Shown: one piece after another, positions 27,507-36,549 of the stretch
How positions within the stretch are numbered: position 1 is the stretch's first letter
Layout: each line of letters begins with the position of its first letter
NCBI GenBank assembly: GCA_946183925.1
Contig: CAMHDS010000004.1
Location: forward strand, 697 to 64,696
From: an uncultured Fibrobacter sp.
Lineage (GTDB): Bacteria; Fibrobacterota; Fibrobacteria; Fibrobacterales; Fibrobacteraceae
Reading direction: 5' to 3'
DNA: 64,000 bases
Program-made: the position numbers and the translations under genes
Notes under the pieces: model-generated
Seen by the model: only the letters and a program-made list of their open reading frames with translations
The model's database searches: none
What the model was told of the DNA's origin: nothing

Positions 27507-29327
27507 TTACTTCACGTCGTATTCCGGAATCGGCAGGCTTTCGCCAGCCTTCATGGCCTTGTCAAGGGCGGCAGACTTTGCGGGGTCCAGCCACCAGTAA
27601 ACAGGAATAGCGTCTTCGCGGTTGAAATGGTCGAAAACCTTTTCCGGAGTGCCGTAGCGGTTCCAGTAGAGAATGCGGTGGTGGTCGCATTGCCACATGA
27701 GCACGTAGGGCACGATTTCAGCCAGGCGGTTGTCGAGCGCCTTCAGGATTTCGTTGCGCTTGGCGAGGTCGAATTCCGTCTTCTGCAAGTTGATTAAGCT
27801 ATCCACCACCTTGTCCTGCACGCCGGCCAAGTTGTTCGTGCCCTTCTGCAGTGCGGTTGTCGAATTCCAGCTAGCTTCCGGATCGCGCAAGCGGCCTGCA
27901 CCCCAGTTCACCCAGTACAAATCAAAGTCGGCATCGTCCAAGCGCTTGCGTAAGGTACTCTGGCTCATCTGTTCGATGGTTGCGACAACGCCCACTTTCT
28001 TCAGGTCTTCCTGGAACAGCGTGAGGTGACGCAGGTCTTCTTGGCTAGTAATGAAGTTAATCGCGAACGGCTTGCCATCCTTTTCGAGCACGCCCTGAGC
28101 ATTCACCTTGTAACCCGCTTCGGCAAAGAGGGCGCGGGCGCTGTCCGGATTGAACTTGTAGAGGGTCGCAGTCGGATTCTGGTTGCCTTCCCACAGGTCG
28201 GGGTAGTAACTATTGAGCAAGAAGTACTGATTGTACATGTATTTTTCGTTCATAGCTTCGCGATTCAAAAGCATGTTGAGGGCGCGGCGAACGCGGACAT
28301 CTTGGAACTGCGGCTTACGCAAGTTGATGGCCATTCCCTGGAAACCAATCGGTTCCTTGTTGAAGATACGCTGCTTCACGGCCCAGCCTTTCTGAATGGC
28401 ATCAAAATCTGTCTGTTTCATCCAGATGCTGCTGGTGTAAATCGCATAGGCGTTGATGTCCTGCTTCTTGAAAGCTTCCAGCGCTTTGGTCTGGTCGTTC
28501 ATGAAGCGGTAGCGGATTTTTTCGAAGTTGTACTTGCCGCGGTTCCAGTTCTTCTTGAAGCCCCACCAATCGGCACGGCGGGCAAGTTCTACGTAGCGGT
28601 CTTCGCGGAAGGTCTTGATCTTGTACGGGCCGGACACCACCGGAAATTCATAGCGGATCTGGTTAAAGTCCTTGCCGGCCCAAGCATGTTTCGGAAACGC
28701 CATCATACCCGCAGCTTCCCAGAAGTTTCCCCAGTGACTCTCCTTAGCGGTCATCTTGATGGTTAAGCTATCCACGACCTCGGGGCGGTCAAAGCGGCTG
28801 AGCCCCACCTTGAAAATGGGCGTGAGGTTCTTTTCGTCCATAATGACATCGTAATAGAACTGCACATCTTCGGCGGTAATCGCCTTGCCGTCGCTCCACT
28901 TGGCGCGGGGGTCTACATGGAAGGTAAAAGTCTTGCCGTCTTCGGACACACTCCAGCTATCGGCAAGCACGCCCACTTCGCGGTCCTCAGTGCTATGCAG
29001 ACTCACCAACGATTCGAACATCATGCCCATGAGTTCAGCCGAGAAACTGTTATAGTCTTCCCACATGTTGAACGACTTCGGCATGGAGGAGCCCCAGAGG
29101 GTAATGGTCCCGCAGGGACGAGCCTCCTTGGAGGCTATGGGGTCGAACTCGCCCGTGGCAGTGGTATCGACCGGCAACTCGGGGCAGTTTAAATCAACGT
29201 TCTTGCCCGCAGACTTCGTACCCGCAGAACCCTGCTCATTGCAGGCGGTTAGGGCGAGGGATACCACCATCAGGGACGTCGCGACAGCCAACACCGTAGG
29301 CCGTAATTGCATTTTATCTCTTTTCAT
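27507..29327 (-). CDS. ABC peptide transporter substrate-binding lipoprotein (family 5, YejA-like)
   Basis: Lipobox LTAC; LADSWSVSEDGKTFTFH, WSDGK, SGPYKI and FQDVRVRRAL. Confidence 0.9.
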   Translation of the reverse strand: MKRDKMQLRPTVLAVATSLMVVSLALTACNEQGSAGTKSAGKNVDLNCPELPVDTTATGEFDPIASKEARPCGTITLWGSSMPKSFNMWEDYNSFSAELMGMMFESLVSLHSTEDREVGVLADSWSVSEDGKTFTFHVDPRAKWSDGKAITAEDVQFYYDVIMDEKNLTPIFKVGLSRFDRPEVVDSLTIKMTAKESHWGNFWEAAGMMAFPKHAWAGKDFNQIRYEFPVVSGPYKIKTFREDRYVELARRADWWGFKKNWNRGKYNFEKIRYRFMNDQTKALEAFKKQDINAYAIYTSSIWMKQTDFDAIQKGWAVKQRIFNKEPIGFQGMAINLRKPQFQDVRVRRALNMLLNREAMNEKYMYNQYFLLNSYYPDLWEGNQNPTATLYKFNPDSARALFAEAGYKVNAQGVLEKDGKPFAINFITSQEDLRHLTLFQEDLKKVGVVATIEQMSQSTLRKRLDDADFDLYWVNWGAGRLRDPEASWNSTTALQKGTNNLAGVQDKVVDSLINLQKTEFDLAKRNEILKALDNRLAEIVPYVLMWQCDHHRILYWNRYGTPEKVFDHFNREDAIPVYWWLDPAKSAALDKAMKAGESLPIPEYDVK

Positions 29328-29401
29328 AATCAAATCCTCAGGTCTGGATGGACGGCTTCGCCGTCCGAGGCTTCGGCTCGGAAATATAATCAAACCAGTT
29401 T

Positions 29402-29466
29402 GATTCTACTTCACTCGCCTCGCACTCTTTCCTTCACTTCGTGCTTCGCACTCCGTTCAGGATGAC
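29402..29466 (-). repeat. GTCAT-anchored REP-like element with expanded interior
   Basis: Minus strand reads gtcatcctgaacggagtgcgaagcacgaagtgaagga...gaagtagaatc. Confidence 0.55.
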
Positions 29467-29472
29467 GAGACT

Positions 29473-30222
29473 CTAACCGTCATTCTCTTTCAAGAGCATC
29501 TCCAGCGTCACGCGGGAGGCTTCCTGCTCGGCCTTCTTCTTGTTACCACCCTGGCCGCGACCGTAAACCTTGCCGTTCACATGGACTTCGGTAGTGAACA
29601 GTTTCTGGTGTTCGGGTCCGGATTCTTCTACCAGCACGTATTCCGGCACCGTATGGAGCTTTCCTTGCAGGTATTCCAGCAGAGCACTCTTGTGGTTCAC
29701 GAAATCTTCGGCCACGATAATTTCCTTGGCCCGAGGGAAATGGAACTTGTTCAGAATGGCCCGGACCTCTTCCAGCCCGCCGTCCAGATACACCGCCCCC
29801 AGCACCGCCTCGTAGGCGTCGGCCAGAATGCTTTCCTTGCCCCGACCGCCCATCTTGGCTTCGGCCTTGCCCATCTTGATATACTCGCTCAGGCTCCATT
29901 CCTTGGAGGACTGGGCACAGGCATGGCCAGAGACAATAGCGCTTTTCCGCTTGGAAAGCTCCCCTTCCGGGTCGTCGGGGTACATCTTGTAAAGGAACTC
30001 GGTGGTAAGCATGTTCAGCACGGAATCGCCCAAAAATTCCAGGCGTTCGTTGTTGCTCTCATAGGGCATGTCCGTGCCCGACAAGAAGGACCGGTGGACC
30101 AGGGCGTGGGCCAAAAGTTCCGGGTCCTTGAACCTGTACCCGAGCTTCGCCTCAAGCCCGCCACCGGACTTCTGGCGAAACCAGAGTTTGAAAATCTTGT
30201 GTAAAAGGTTGGTCTGTTCCAT
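29473..30222 (-). CDS. rnc: Ribonuclease III
   Basis: NERLEFLGDS signature, ADAYEAVLGAVYLD, C-terminal dsRBD. Confidence 0.96.
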   Translation of the reverse strand: MEQTNLLHKIFKLWFRQKSGGGLEAKLGYRFKDPELLAHALVHRSFLSGTDMPYESNNERLEFLGDSVLNMLTTEFLYKMYPDDPEGELSKRKSAIVSGHACAQSSKEWSLSEYIKMGKAEAKMGGRGKESILADAYEAVLGAVYLDGGLEEVRAILNKFHFPRAKEIIVAEDFVNHKSALLEYLQGKLHTVPEYVLVEESGPEHQKLFTTEVHVNGKVYGRGQGGNKKKAEQEASRVTLEMLLKENDG

Positions 30223-30232
30223 AGGCTTTGAT

Positions 30233-30310
30233 AATTCGGAATTCAGAGTTCGAAATTCGGAGTTGAGTTTAAGAGATTAATTCCTAATTCAGAATTCCGA
30301 AATCCGAACT
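30233..30310. repeat. Inverted heptamer-array element
   Basis: cggaatt cagagtt cgaaatt cggagtt - spacer - aattcct aattcag aattccg aaatccg aact. Confidence 0.85.
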
Positions 30311-30340
30311 AAAAAAGGGCAGCCTCATCCGGGCCACCCT
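30311..30340 (-). terminator. Rho-independent terminator after acpP
   Basis: Minus strand agggtggcc-cggatga-ggctgccct followed by a T-run. Confidence 0.75.
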
Positions 30341-30370
30341 GTCCAGTTTCTTTATCGAAGCAGGCCTAAA

Positions 30371-30613
30371 TTAAGCCTTCTTGGCTTCGATGAAGGCAAC
30401 CACGTCGGCGACCTTCTGGAACTTCTCGGCGTCGGAGTCGAGAATTTCGACTTCGAATTCGTCTTCGAGAGCCATCACCAGTTCGACGCGGTCGAGAGAG
30501 TCGGCACCGAGGTCGTTGCTGAACTCGGATTCCATCTTCACGTCCTCGGCCTTCACTTCCAGCTTGGAAACGATAACGTCGGTGATCTTCTTAAAAATTT
30601 CTTCTTGTGTCAT
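30371..30613 (-). CDS. acpP: Acyl carrier protein
   Basis: DLGADSLDRVELVMALE phosphopantetheine motif. Confidence 0.97.
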   Translation of the reverse strand: MTQEEIFKKITDVIVSKLEVKAEDVKMESEFSNDLGADSLDRVELVMALEDEFEVEILDSDAEKFQKVADVVAFIEAKKA

Positions 30614-30660
30614 TGTTTACTCCATTTGGATTTGTTTAGTTAAAATTTAGAAATTATTGG

Positions 30661-31401
30661 CTAGGCGTTCAAGCCCCCGTCCACGCCAATTATTTGGCCT
30701 GTGATGTATTTCGCATCGTCAGATGCCAAAAAAGCCACCAATTTCGCCACATCTTCGGGCTGGCCCAGGCGTCCCAGAGGGATCTGGGCGGCATATTTTT
30801 CCCTGACTTCGGGGCTCAGCTTGGCCGTCATGTCCGTATCGATAAATCCGGGTGCCACGGCGTTCACCGTAATGCCCCTGGAGGACAGTTCCATAGCGTT
30901 GGTCCGGGTAAGGCCGATCACCCCCGCCTTGGCGGCGGCATAGTTGGACTGACCAGCCTGGCCACGCAGGGCGTTGATGCTGGAAACGTTCACGATATGG
31001 CCCGAGCGGTTGCCCATCATGGTACGGGCCACGGCGCGGGTGCAAAGGAACACGGAACGGAGGTTCGTGGCAATCACGGCGTCAAAATCCTCGTCCTTCA
31101 TGCGCATGAGCAGGCCGTCGCGGGTGATTCCCGCATTGTTGACCAGAATGTCCACCGTACCCATGTCGGCGATAATCTGCTTGAACACGGACTGCACCGT
31201 TTCGGAGTCGGCCACGTTGCAGGCGTAGCTCTTGACCTGCACCCCAAGTTCGGAAGAAAGTTTGGCGGCCAGGTCCTCCTTGACGGAGGTAGAGAGAATC
31301 GCCACGTCGGCCCCTTCCCGGGCCAGTTCGGTGGCAATAGCAAGGCCGATACCACGGGAAGCTCCCGTCACAATCGCTTTTTTACCTGTAAGTTTTCCCA
31401 T
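30661..31401 (-). CDS. fabG: 3-oxoacyl-ACP reductase
   Basis: TGASRGIG, LVNNAGITRD, NYAAAK; fab gene context. Confidence 0.96.
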   Translation of the reverse strand: MGKLTGKKAIVTGASRGIGLAIATELAREGADVAILSTSVKEDLAAKLSSELGVQVKSYACNVADSETVQSVFKQIIADMGTVDILVNNAGITRDGLLMRMKDEDFDAVIATNLRSVFLCTRAVARTMMGNRSGHIVNVSSINALRGQAGQSNYAAAKAGVIGLTRTNAMELSSRGITVNAVAPGFIDTDMTAKLSPEVREKYAAQIPLGRLGQPEDVAKLVAFLASDDAKYITGQIIGVDGGLNA

Positions 31402-31430
31402 AGTAGTCCTTAGGTTAATGGTTTAAAATA

Positions 31431-31512
31431 AATTCAGAATTCAGAGTTCAGAGTTCATTAGTTAGGCGGCGTAGCCGCGATTATGCCCATTCCGAATTCA
31501 TAAATCCGAATT
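31431..31512. repeat. Inverted heptamer-array element with central gcggc-gta-gccgc hairpin
   Basis: cagaatt cagagtt cagagtt ... cattccg aattcat aaatccg aatt; runs into the fabD stop codon. Confidence 0.8.
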
Positions 31513-32428
31513 AGCCAAGAGCCTGGAACGCCTCGACGGTCTCTACCGGCGTGACCTTCACGTCGCGGCTGATCTTTCTCATGAGGCCCATCAGCACCTT
31601 GCCGGAGCCCACTTCCACGCCCTGGGTCACTCCCAGAGACATAGCCTTGTTCATGCAGTCGTTCCAGCGGACGGGGCTTACCAGCTGGCGCACCAGCAGG
31701 TCGGCGATTTCTGCGCCCTTGGTAACGGGTTCTGCCACCACGTTGGCTATCACCGGCTTTTCCACGTCCTTGAAGGTAGTCTTTGCAATAGCCTCGGCAA
31801 GGCCCGCCTGGGCAAACTGCATCAGCGGGCTATGGAAAGCGCCCGAAACGGCCAGCGGAATGGCCTTGATGCCTGCGGCTGCGCAGTTTTCCACCAGCTT
31901 GTTCACGCCAGCAACAGCGCCGGACACCACAATCTGGCCCGGACAGTTGATATTGGCGGGAACCACCACGCCCGCGTCCTTCACGACTTCGCAGAGTTCC
32001 AGAATCTTGGCTTCGTCCTGGCCCATGATGGCAGCCATGGCACCGGGGTTCTTGCTGCCCGCGCTAGCCATCAGTTCACCGCGAGTCCGCACCAGGCGCA
32101 GCCCCTCTTCGAAACTGAAACCTCCGGCGGCATAAATGGCGGAATATTCACCCAAGGAATGCCCGGCCACATAGTCAAAGGCAAAGCCTTCGGACTTCAA
32201 GAGTTCCATCACCATGGCAGACACCGTAAACAGTGCCGGCTGGGTATTGTCGGTGCTCTTCAGAACATCTTCGGGGCCTTCCGCCATAAGCTTCGACAGC
32301 GAGAAGCCGAGAATCTCGTCGGCCTGCATCATCAGTTTCTTGGCAGGCTCGAAAGTGGATGCGAGAGTCTGGCCCATGCCCACATACTGGGCGCCCTGAC
32401 CAGGGAAAAGCAAAATCGTCTTGGACAT
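31511..32428 (-). CDS. fabD: Malonyl-CoA:ACP transacylase
   Basis: FPGQGAQ, TQPAL, GHSLGEY, AFHS. Start moved to ATG 32428. Confidence 0.96.
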   Translation of the reverse strand: MSKTILLFPGQGAQYVGMGQTLASTFEPAKKLMMQADEILGFSLSKLMAEGPEDVLKSTDNTQPALFTVSAMVMELLKSEGFAFDYVAGHSLGEYSAIYAAGGFSFEEGLRLVRTRGELMASAGSKNPGAMAAIMGQDEAKILELCEVVKDAGVVVPANINCPGQIVVSGAVAGVNKLVENCAAAGIKAIPLAVSGAFHSPLMQFAQAGLAEAIAKTTFKDVEKPVIANVVAEPVTKGAEIADLLVRQLVSPVRWNDCMNKAMSLGVTQGVEVGSGKVLMGLMRKISRDVKVTPVETVEAFQALG

Positions 32429-32572
32429 TATCACCTCTGCGGAAAACCGCTTTTTGTTACTATCCAAATTTAAAAAAGAACAGGGGCGTTCCTAGGGAGA
32501 ACGCGTAAAAACCGCGAAATCCCCGCAAATAAAAGCATATTGGAATGTTTTTGTAAGGTCAAGACGTAAATA

Positions 32573-34444
32573 CTAGTCTTTTACGCAATAGACTCCCAGC
32601 GCGAAATTCTTGTCTTGAGCTACACATGGACTCTGAGGTTGACAACACATAACCGCCTTTGTGTTGTCATCATTTTCTTCAAGGCTACTCCAAATACATT
32701 CTGGATACGATATATTGCCATAAGAATCCTCCTCAAAAACCAATTCTATTAATTCATTGTTATATACACCGGCAGCATCTCTGAAGCCCTGCAAGGCAGC
32801 AAAACCCAACCTGCGCAGCGGATGTGAATCGACCTCCGGAAGGGCATAAAGATCCCCCACAATCTGAATTTGCGTCATGTCCGCAATAGCGCGTAGAGCA
32901 TCTATTTCATCCTTATTCGGCAAATGCCAGCCTTCGGGACACGCCTTCATGGCGGCGTTCCAATTGTACAACCTGCCATATTGAGCGCAATTACTTTCCA
33001 AATCGTTATAGCACCAACTGCCTTCCATCTCGTAGTTCATGTTTTCCGCCATCCAGACTTGTGTGCCTCCAGTTGGGACACTAAAGGTCCAATTGCCCCC
33101 CTTTGACGCAGCGTCAGACAAGATCTGTGTACCTACAGTTGTGGTCCTATATGTCTTGCTGTCGCGAGGGTCGGTTGTTGTCCCCAAGTTTTTTTCAACA
33201 TCAAAAACCCAATATCCGCTTTTATCGCATTTATAGTGGGATTTTTGTCCAGCAGGCACATAGTCTTCCCCCATTGTATAACTGACACAGCCTTTATTCA
33301 AAATGGTTTCAATATACGTTAATGTTCTAAACGTGTCTGCGTCGCACACAAAGTTGTATTTAATTTTATCCATCTCTTCGCCACCCCATCGAACCCACTC
33401 TTTACCTTCTATAATCGCACCATCCTGGGAGCATTTCGCTCCCGGAATAGTCCAATTCAAAAAATCCGATCTTGTTGCGGCCATCCACATTCCAGATTTG
33501 CAAATGACAAAGGATCCACCAATGGTATAGGCATAACTAGCGAGTTCCCCATCGTTCTTGGAACTACAATCGCCTAATTCGTCTCGATACTTGGCGTGAC
33601 GGAGATACTTTTCGAAATCTGGTACTGTTCCTAGGCCCCAATTTCCTATGTTGCCACGAATAAAGTCCAGATTACTAGAGACATAATACGTTATTAGATG
33701 TTGCGTTATTTCATCGTCCAAAGTGCCATCCTTTTCAAGGTCCGATGCAAATTTGAACATAAGTTCAGTTAAGGTTAAATCGTGTCCGTATTCACTATTT
33801 TCCGAGAAAGAAAGAAATAATATGCTGATTGCAAGCAATGCCGCATTACCGTCGCCATCACTGAAAATGTTTAAATCCTCAGAATTCACGAAGTCGCCCG
33901 TGAAGCCAAAAGCATTGAATATTTCGGTCTCAGCTTGTTTCTTGGCCGACTGTATGTCCATTCCTGTTCCCATTAGGTACAGGACACGCTCGTATTCCAG
34001 GTGCGTCAGCAGGTTTATGTTCACGGTATTGCGGTCACTCAAGTCAGCAATGGCGTTAAGCGTGATGGGGACCTCAGAAGCTTCGCCAGTAAGTTCATTC
34101 CGATAGTTTCCACTAGCTTCCAATATGGCATATTGGCTTTCCAAGGATACATTCGTGAAAGAAAACACGCCGTCATCGCCGACAATCTTGCCAGTAAAAC
34201 TTTTACCGGTTTGCGAAAACGTCTTGCCGTCCAGTTCGTAGAGTTTTACTGTTGAGCCAGCGACAAGCGGTCCTTTCTGGGATACGCCCGAAATGTTCTT
34301 GTTGCTGATGCTGGTAATTCCAGAACCACTTGTGGAACTGTCGTCACCGCAAGCGGCGAGAAGAAGAGTGAACGAAATTGCCACGCCAGTCGCAAGCAAA
34401 CTCGCAAAGATATGTCCAATAACATCTTTTGAAGCATTCTTCAT
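32573..34444 (-). CDS. Lipoprotein with C-terminal Fibrobacter major paralogous (FISUMP) domain
   Basis: Lipobox LAAC-GDD; SGVSQKGP N-terminal module; DPRDSKTY, WMAENMNY, YGRLYNW, ACPEGWHLP and terminal CVKD. Confidence 0.88.
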   Translation of the reverse strand: MKNASKDVIGHIFASLLATGVAISFTLLLAACGDDSSTSGSGITSISNKNISGVSQKGPLVAGSTVKLYELDGKTFSQTGKSFTGKIVGDDGVFSFTNVSLESQYAILEASGNYRNELTGEASEVPITLNAIADLSDRNTVNINLLTHLEYERVLYLMGTGMDIQSAKKQAETEIFNAFGFTGDFVNSEDLNIFSDGDGNAALLAISILFLSFSENSEYGHDLTLTELMFKFASDLEKDGTLDDEITQHLITYYVSSNLDFIRGNIGNWGLGTVPDFEKYLRHAKYRDELGDCSSKNDGELASYAYTIGGSFVICKSGMWMAATRSDFLNWTIPGAKCSQDGAIIEGKEWVRWGGEEMDKIKYNFVCDADTFRTLTYIETILNKGCVSYTMGEDYVPAGQKSHYKCDKSGYWVFDVEKNLGTTTDPRDSKTYRTTTVGTQILSDAASKGGNWTFSVPTGGTQVWMAENMNYEMEGSWCYNDLESNCAQYGRLYNWNAAMKACPEGWHLPNKDEIDALRAIADMTQIQIVGDLYALPEVDSHPLRRLGFAALQGFRDAAGVYNNELIELVFEEDSYGNISYPECIWSSLEENDDNTKAVMCCQPQSPCVAQDKNFALGVYCVKD

Positions 34445-34574
34445 AAGATTTTCCTCAAACTATGGGTATAAAAATACTCTAAAACAGGGGTTTTTGTACA
34501 AAAAAACTTTGGGGCAACTGAATCCATCGTCTAAGCGCTATTCCAAGTTGGAATAAAGCGGTGCTAAAAAGATA

Positions 34575-34646
34575 GGAGATTCCCGCCTTCGCGGGAATGA
34601 CAAAAGCGGGACAGAGATTGCCACGTGTTCTGCGCCTCGCAATGAC
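34575..34646 (-). repeat. Two tandem GTCAT-anchored REP-like elements
   Basis: ggag-attccc-gccttcgc-gggaat-gac (34575-34601) and gagattgccacgtgttctgcgcctcgcaatgac (34614-34646). Confidence 0.8.
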
Positions 34647-34680
34647 AAAGTCAACGTGGCGTTATGATAGGGGCCCCACA

Positions 34681-34712
34681 AAAAAAGAACGGAGTTTTTC
34701 AACTCCGTCCTT
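34681..34712 (-). terminator. Rho-independent terminator after plsX
   Basis: Minus strand aaggacggagtt-gaaa-aactccgttctt followed by T-run. Confidence 0.8.
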
Positions 34713-34776
34713 AAAAGCCTGTTACAGACAAATTAGCAGGCACTTTGGTTTGCCAGCATTCTTTAGCAGATGCCGC

Positions 34777-35760
34777 TTACTTGGCCTCGGCAGGTTCGTC
34801 CTTGATGGCGGCCAGGCGTTCGTTCACGTTCTTGGACACGCCCTTCTCGGCATACTTGGCGGCCACTTCCACAGCCTTCTCGATAGCGAGGGCGTCGGAG
34901 CGTCCGTGGGCGATAATGCCCGTGCCGTTCAGACCCAGGAGCAAAGCGCCACCGGTCATGCGGTAATCCCACATTTCGGCAAAGCGACGACCCGCTTCGG
35001 TATCGATAGTCCCGAACATCTTCTGGTGCAGTTCGAAGAAACCTTCCAGCATCTTCAGAACCACGTTGCCCGTAAAGCCAGAAGTTACCACCACGTCGGC
35101 AGCACCCATAATAAGGGTCTCTCCTTCGATGTTACCGATGAAGTTCACCGGGGCGGACTTCAACAGCAGGTGTGCTTCCTGCAGCACTGCCGGACCCTTG
35201 TGTTCCTCTTCGCCCATGTTCAAGAGGCCCACCTTCGGGTTCTGGTAACCGAAGTAGGTCTCGGCGAAGGCGGAACCGGCGATGGCGAAATCCACCAGGG
35301 TAGAGGCGCGTTCATCTACGTTGGCACCGGCATCCACCAGGATGATGGGACGGTCGGCAGTAGGAATCACGCAACCGATAGGCGGACGGCTGAACTTTTC
35401 GCTGGACTTGCCCAGAAGCATGAGGCAGCTGGCCATCATGGCACCGGAGTTACCGGCACTCACGGAGGCGTCCACCATGCCCTTCTTCTGCAAGGCGACA
35501 CAAGTCACCAGACCGGAGTGAGGCTTCTTCTTGAGGACCTGGACCGGATGTTCGTCCATGGCCACCGGATCGGGGGCATCGACGACAGAAATTCCCTGAC
35601 CCGCATAGCCGAGCTTTGCCAGTTTCTCCTTGACCACGGCCTCGGGGCCGCAGAGGACAACGTGGACATTGGGGTTCTTGTTCACCGCATTGACGGCGCC
35701 TTCAACAACCACATCGGGGGCGAAATCGCCACCCAGAGCATCCAGAGCTACACGAATCAT
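34777..35760 (-). CDS. plsX: Phosphate acyltransferase
   Basis: IRVALDALGGDFAP, SAGNSGA, DAGANVD, LLNMGEE, IAHGRS. Confidence 0.95.
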   Translation of the reverse strand: MIRVALDALGGDFAPDVVVEGAVNAVNKNPNVHVVLCGPEAVVKEKLAKLGYAGQGISVVDAPDPVAMDEHPVQVLKKKPHSGLVTCVALQKKGMVDASVSAGNSGAMMASCLMLLGKSSEKFSRPPIGCVIPTADRPIILVDAGANVDERASTLVDFAIAGSAFAETYFGYQNPKVGLLNMGEEEHKGPAVLQEAHLLLKSAPVNFIGNIEGETLIMGAADVVVTSGFTGNVVLKMLEGFFELHQKMFGTIDTEAGRRFAEMWDYRMTGGALLLGLNGTGIIAHGRSDALAIEKAVEVAAKYAEKGVSKNVNERLAAIKDEPAEAK

Positions 35761-35793
35761 GGAAACCTCCCGTTTTCGTTTAATTTAGAACAA

Positions 35794-35982
35794 TTAGGCT
35801 TCGGCACCCTTCATGTCGACAACTTCTACACCATTGTAGAAACCGCAGACCGGGCACACGCGGTGCGGGCGCTTCACAGAACCGCAGTGGTCGCAAGTAG
35901 CCATGGCGGGCGCTTCCATCTTCCAGTGGGTGCGGCGCTTGTCACGACGGGCGGTAGAGGTCTTTCTTTTAGGTACGGCCAT
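35794..35982 (-). CDS. rpmF: 50S ribosomal protein L32 (Zn-binding form)
   Basis: [27 protein letters not shown]. Confidence 0.97.
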   Translation of the reverse strand: MAVPKRKTSTARRDKRRTHWKMEAPAMATCDHCGSVKRPHRVCPVCGFYNGVEVVDMKGAEA

Positions 35983-35984
35983 TT

Positions 35985-36524
35985 TTAACTCCTATTTTCC
36001 ATTTTGCTCTTGAGAGCTTTCAGTTTGTCCCAACGAGGGTCCATGGGCTTTTCGGCACCGTCAGGACCTTCGTCGGCTTGATTGTTTGGTTCAAAGATAA
36101 AATTTTCTTCGGGATTTTTCACGGGAGCCTGGGGTTCCTGCAGGATTACAAGCTCCCGAACGCACTCGGACACCTCCACGAACTCCTGATTCTGGGGAAT
36201 CCGGTAGGCATATACATCGGCGTCTTCGTCATCAAGTTCCTGTTTTGCCACCTGGCAGCGGGTCACCTCCAGCACCATCTCGGTAGAGAAAGGCCTGTCG
36301 AAGGGTTCTAGAGTACGGGAGCAAACCAGGTTTTGCACGCCGGAAAGTTTGCCCGTCAAAAGGAAACGGTCTCCGCTTTCGGGGCTTATGAGCAGTTTCG
36401 CCTCGAGATTGCCCACCAGGTGCAATTCGTCGAACAGTTCCGGAGCATCATCACGGGACCAGAACGTGGAGCGGTCTTCGGGTTCGGCAAGGGTCTTTAC
36501 AAGTTCAATTTTCAAAGCGGGCAA
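35985..36524 (-). CDS. yceD: YceD / DUF177 family protein
   Basis: CSRTLEPF and DPRWDKLK; canonical position upstream of rpmF. Start uncertain (TTG 36524 or 36515). Confidence 0.85.
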   Translation of the reverse strand: MPALKIELVKTLAEPEDRSTFWSRDDAPELFDELHLVGNLEAKLLISPESGDRFLLTGKLSGVQNLVCSRTLEPFDRPFSTEMVLEVTRCQVAKQELDDEDADVYAYRIPQNQEFVEVSECVRELVILQEPQAPVKNPEENFIFEPNNQADEGPDGAEKPMDPRWDKLKALKSKMENRS

Positions 36525-36549
36525 AATTTAGCAAAAGGGGGGCGTAAGG

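Noticed and set aside
10169-31512. CRISPR array
   Set aside because: The repeats are 7-nt tandem units or isolated hairpins, with no repeat-spacer periodicity and no cas genes.
32573-34444. Diversity-generating retroelement acting on FISUMP genes
   Set aside because: No reverse transcriptase and no template/variable repeat pair differing at adenines in the window.
11587-35988. Long antisense or alternate-frame ORFs (e.g. 11587-12561, 13090-13905, 34597-35988)
   Set aside because: Shadow ORFs opposite well-supported genes, expected from GC3-rich codon usage; no motifs.
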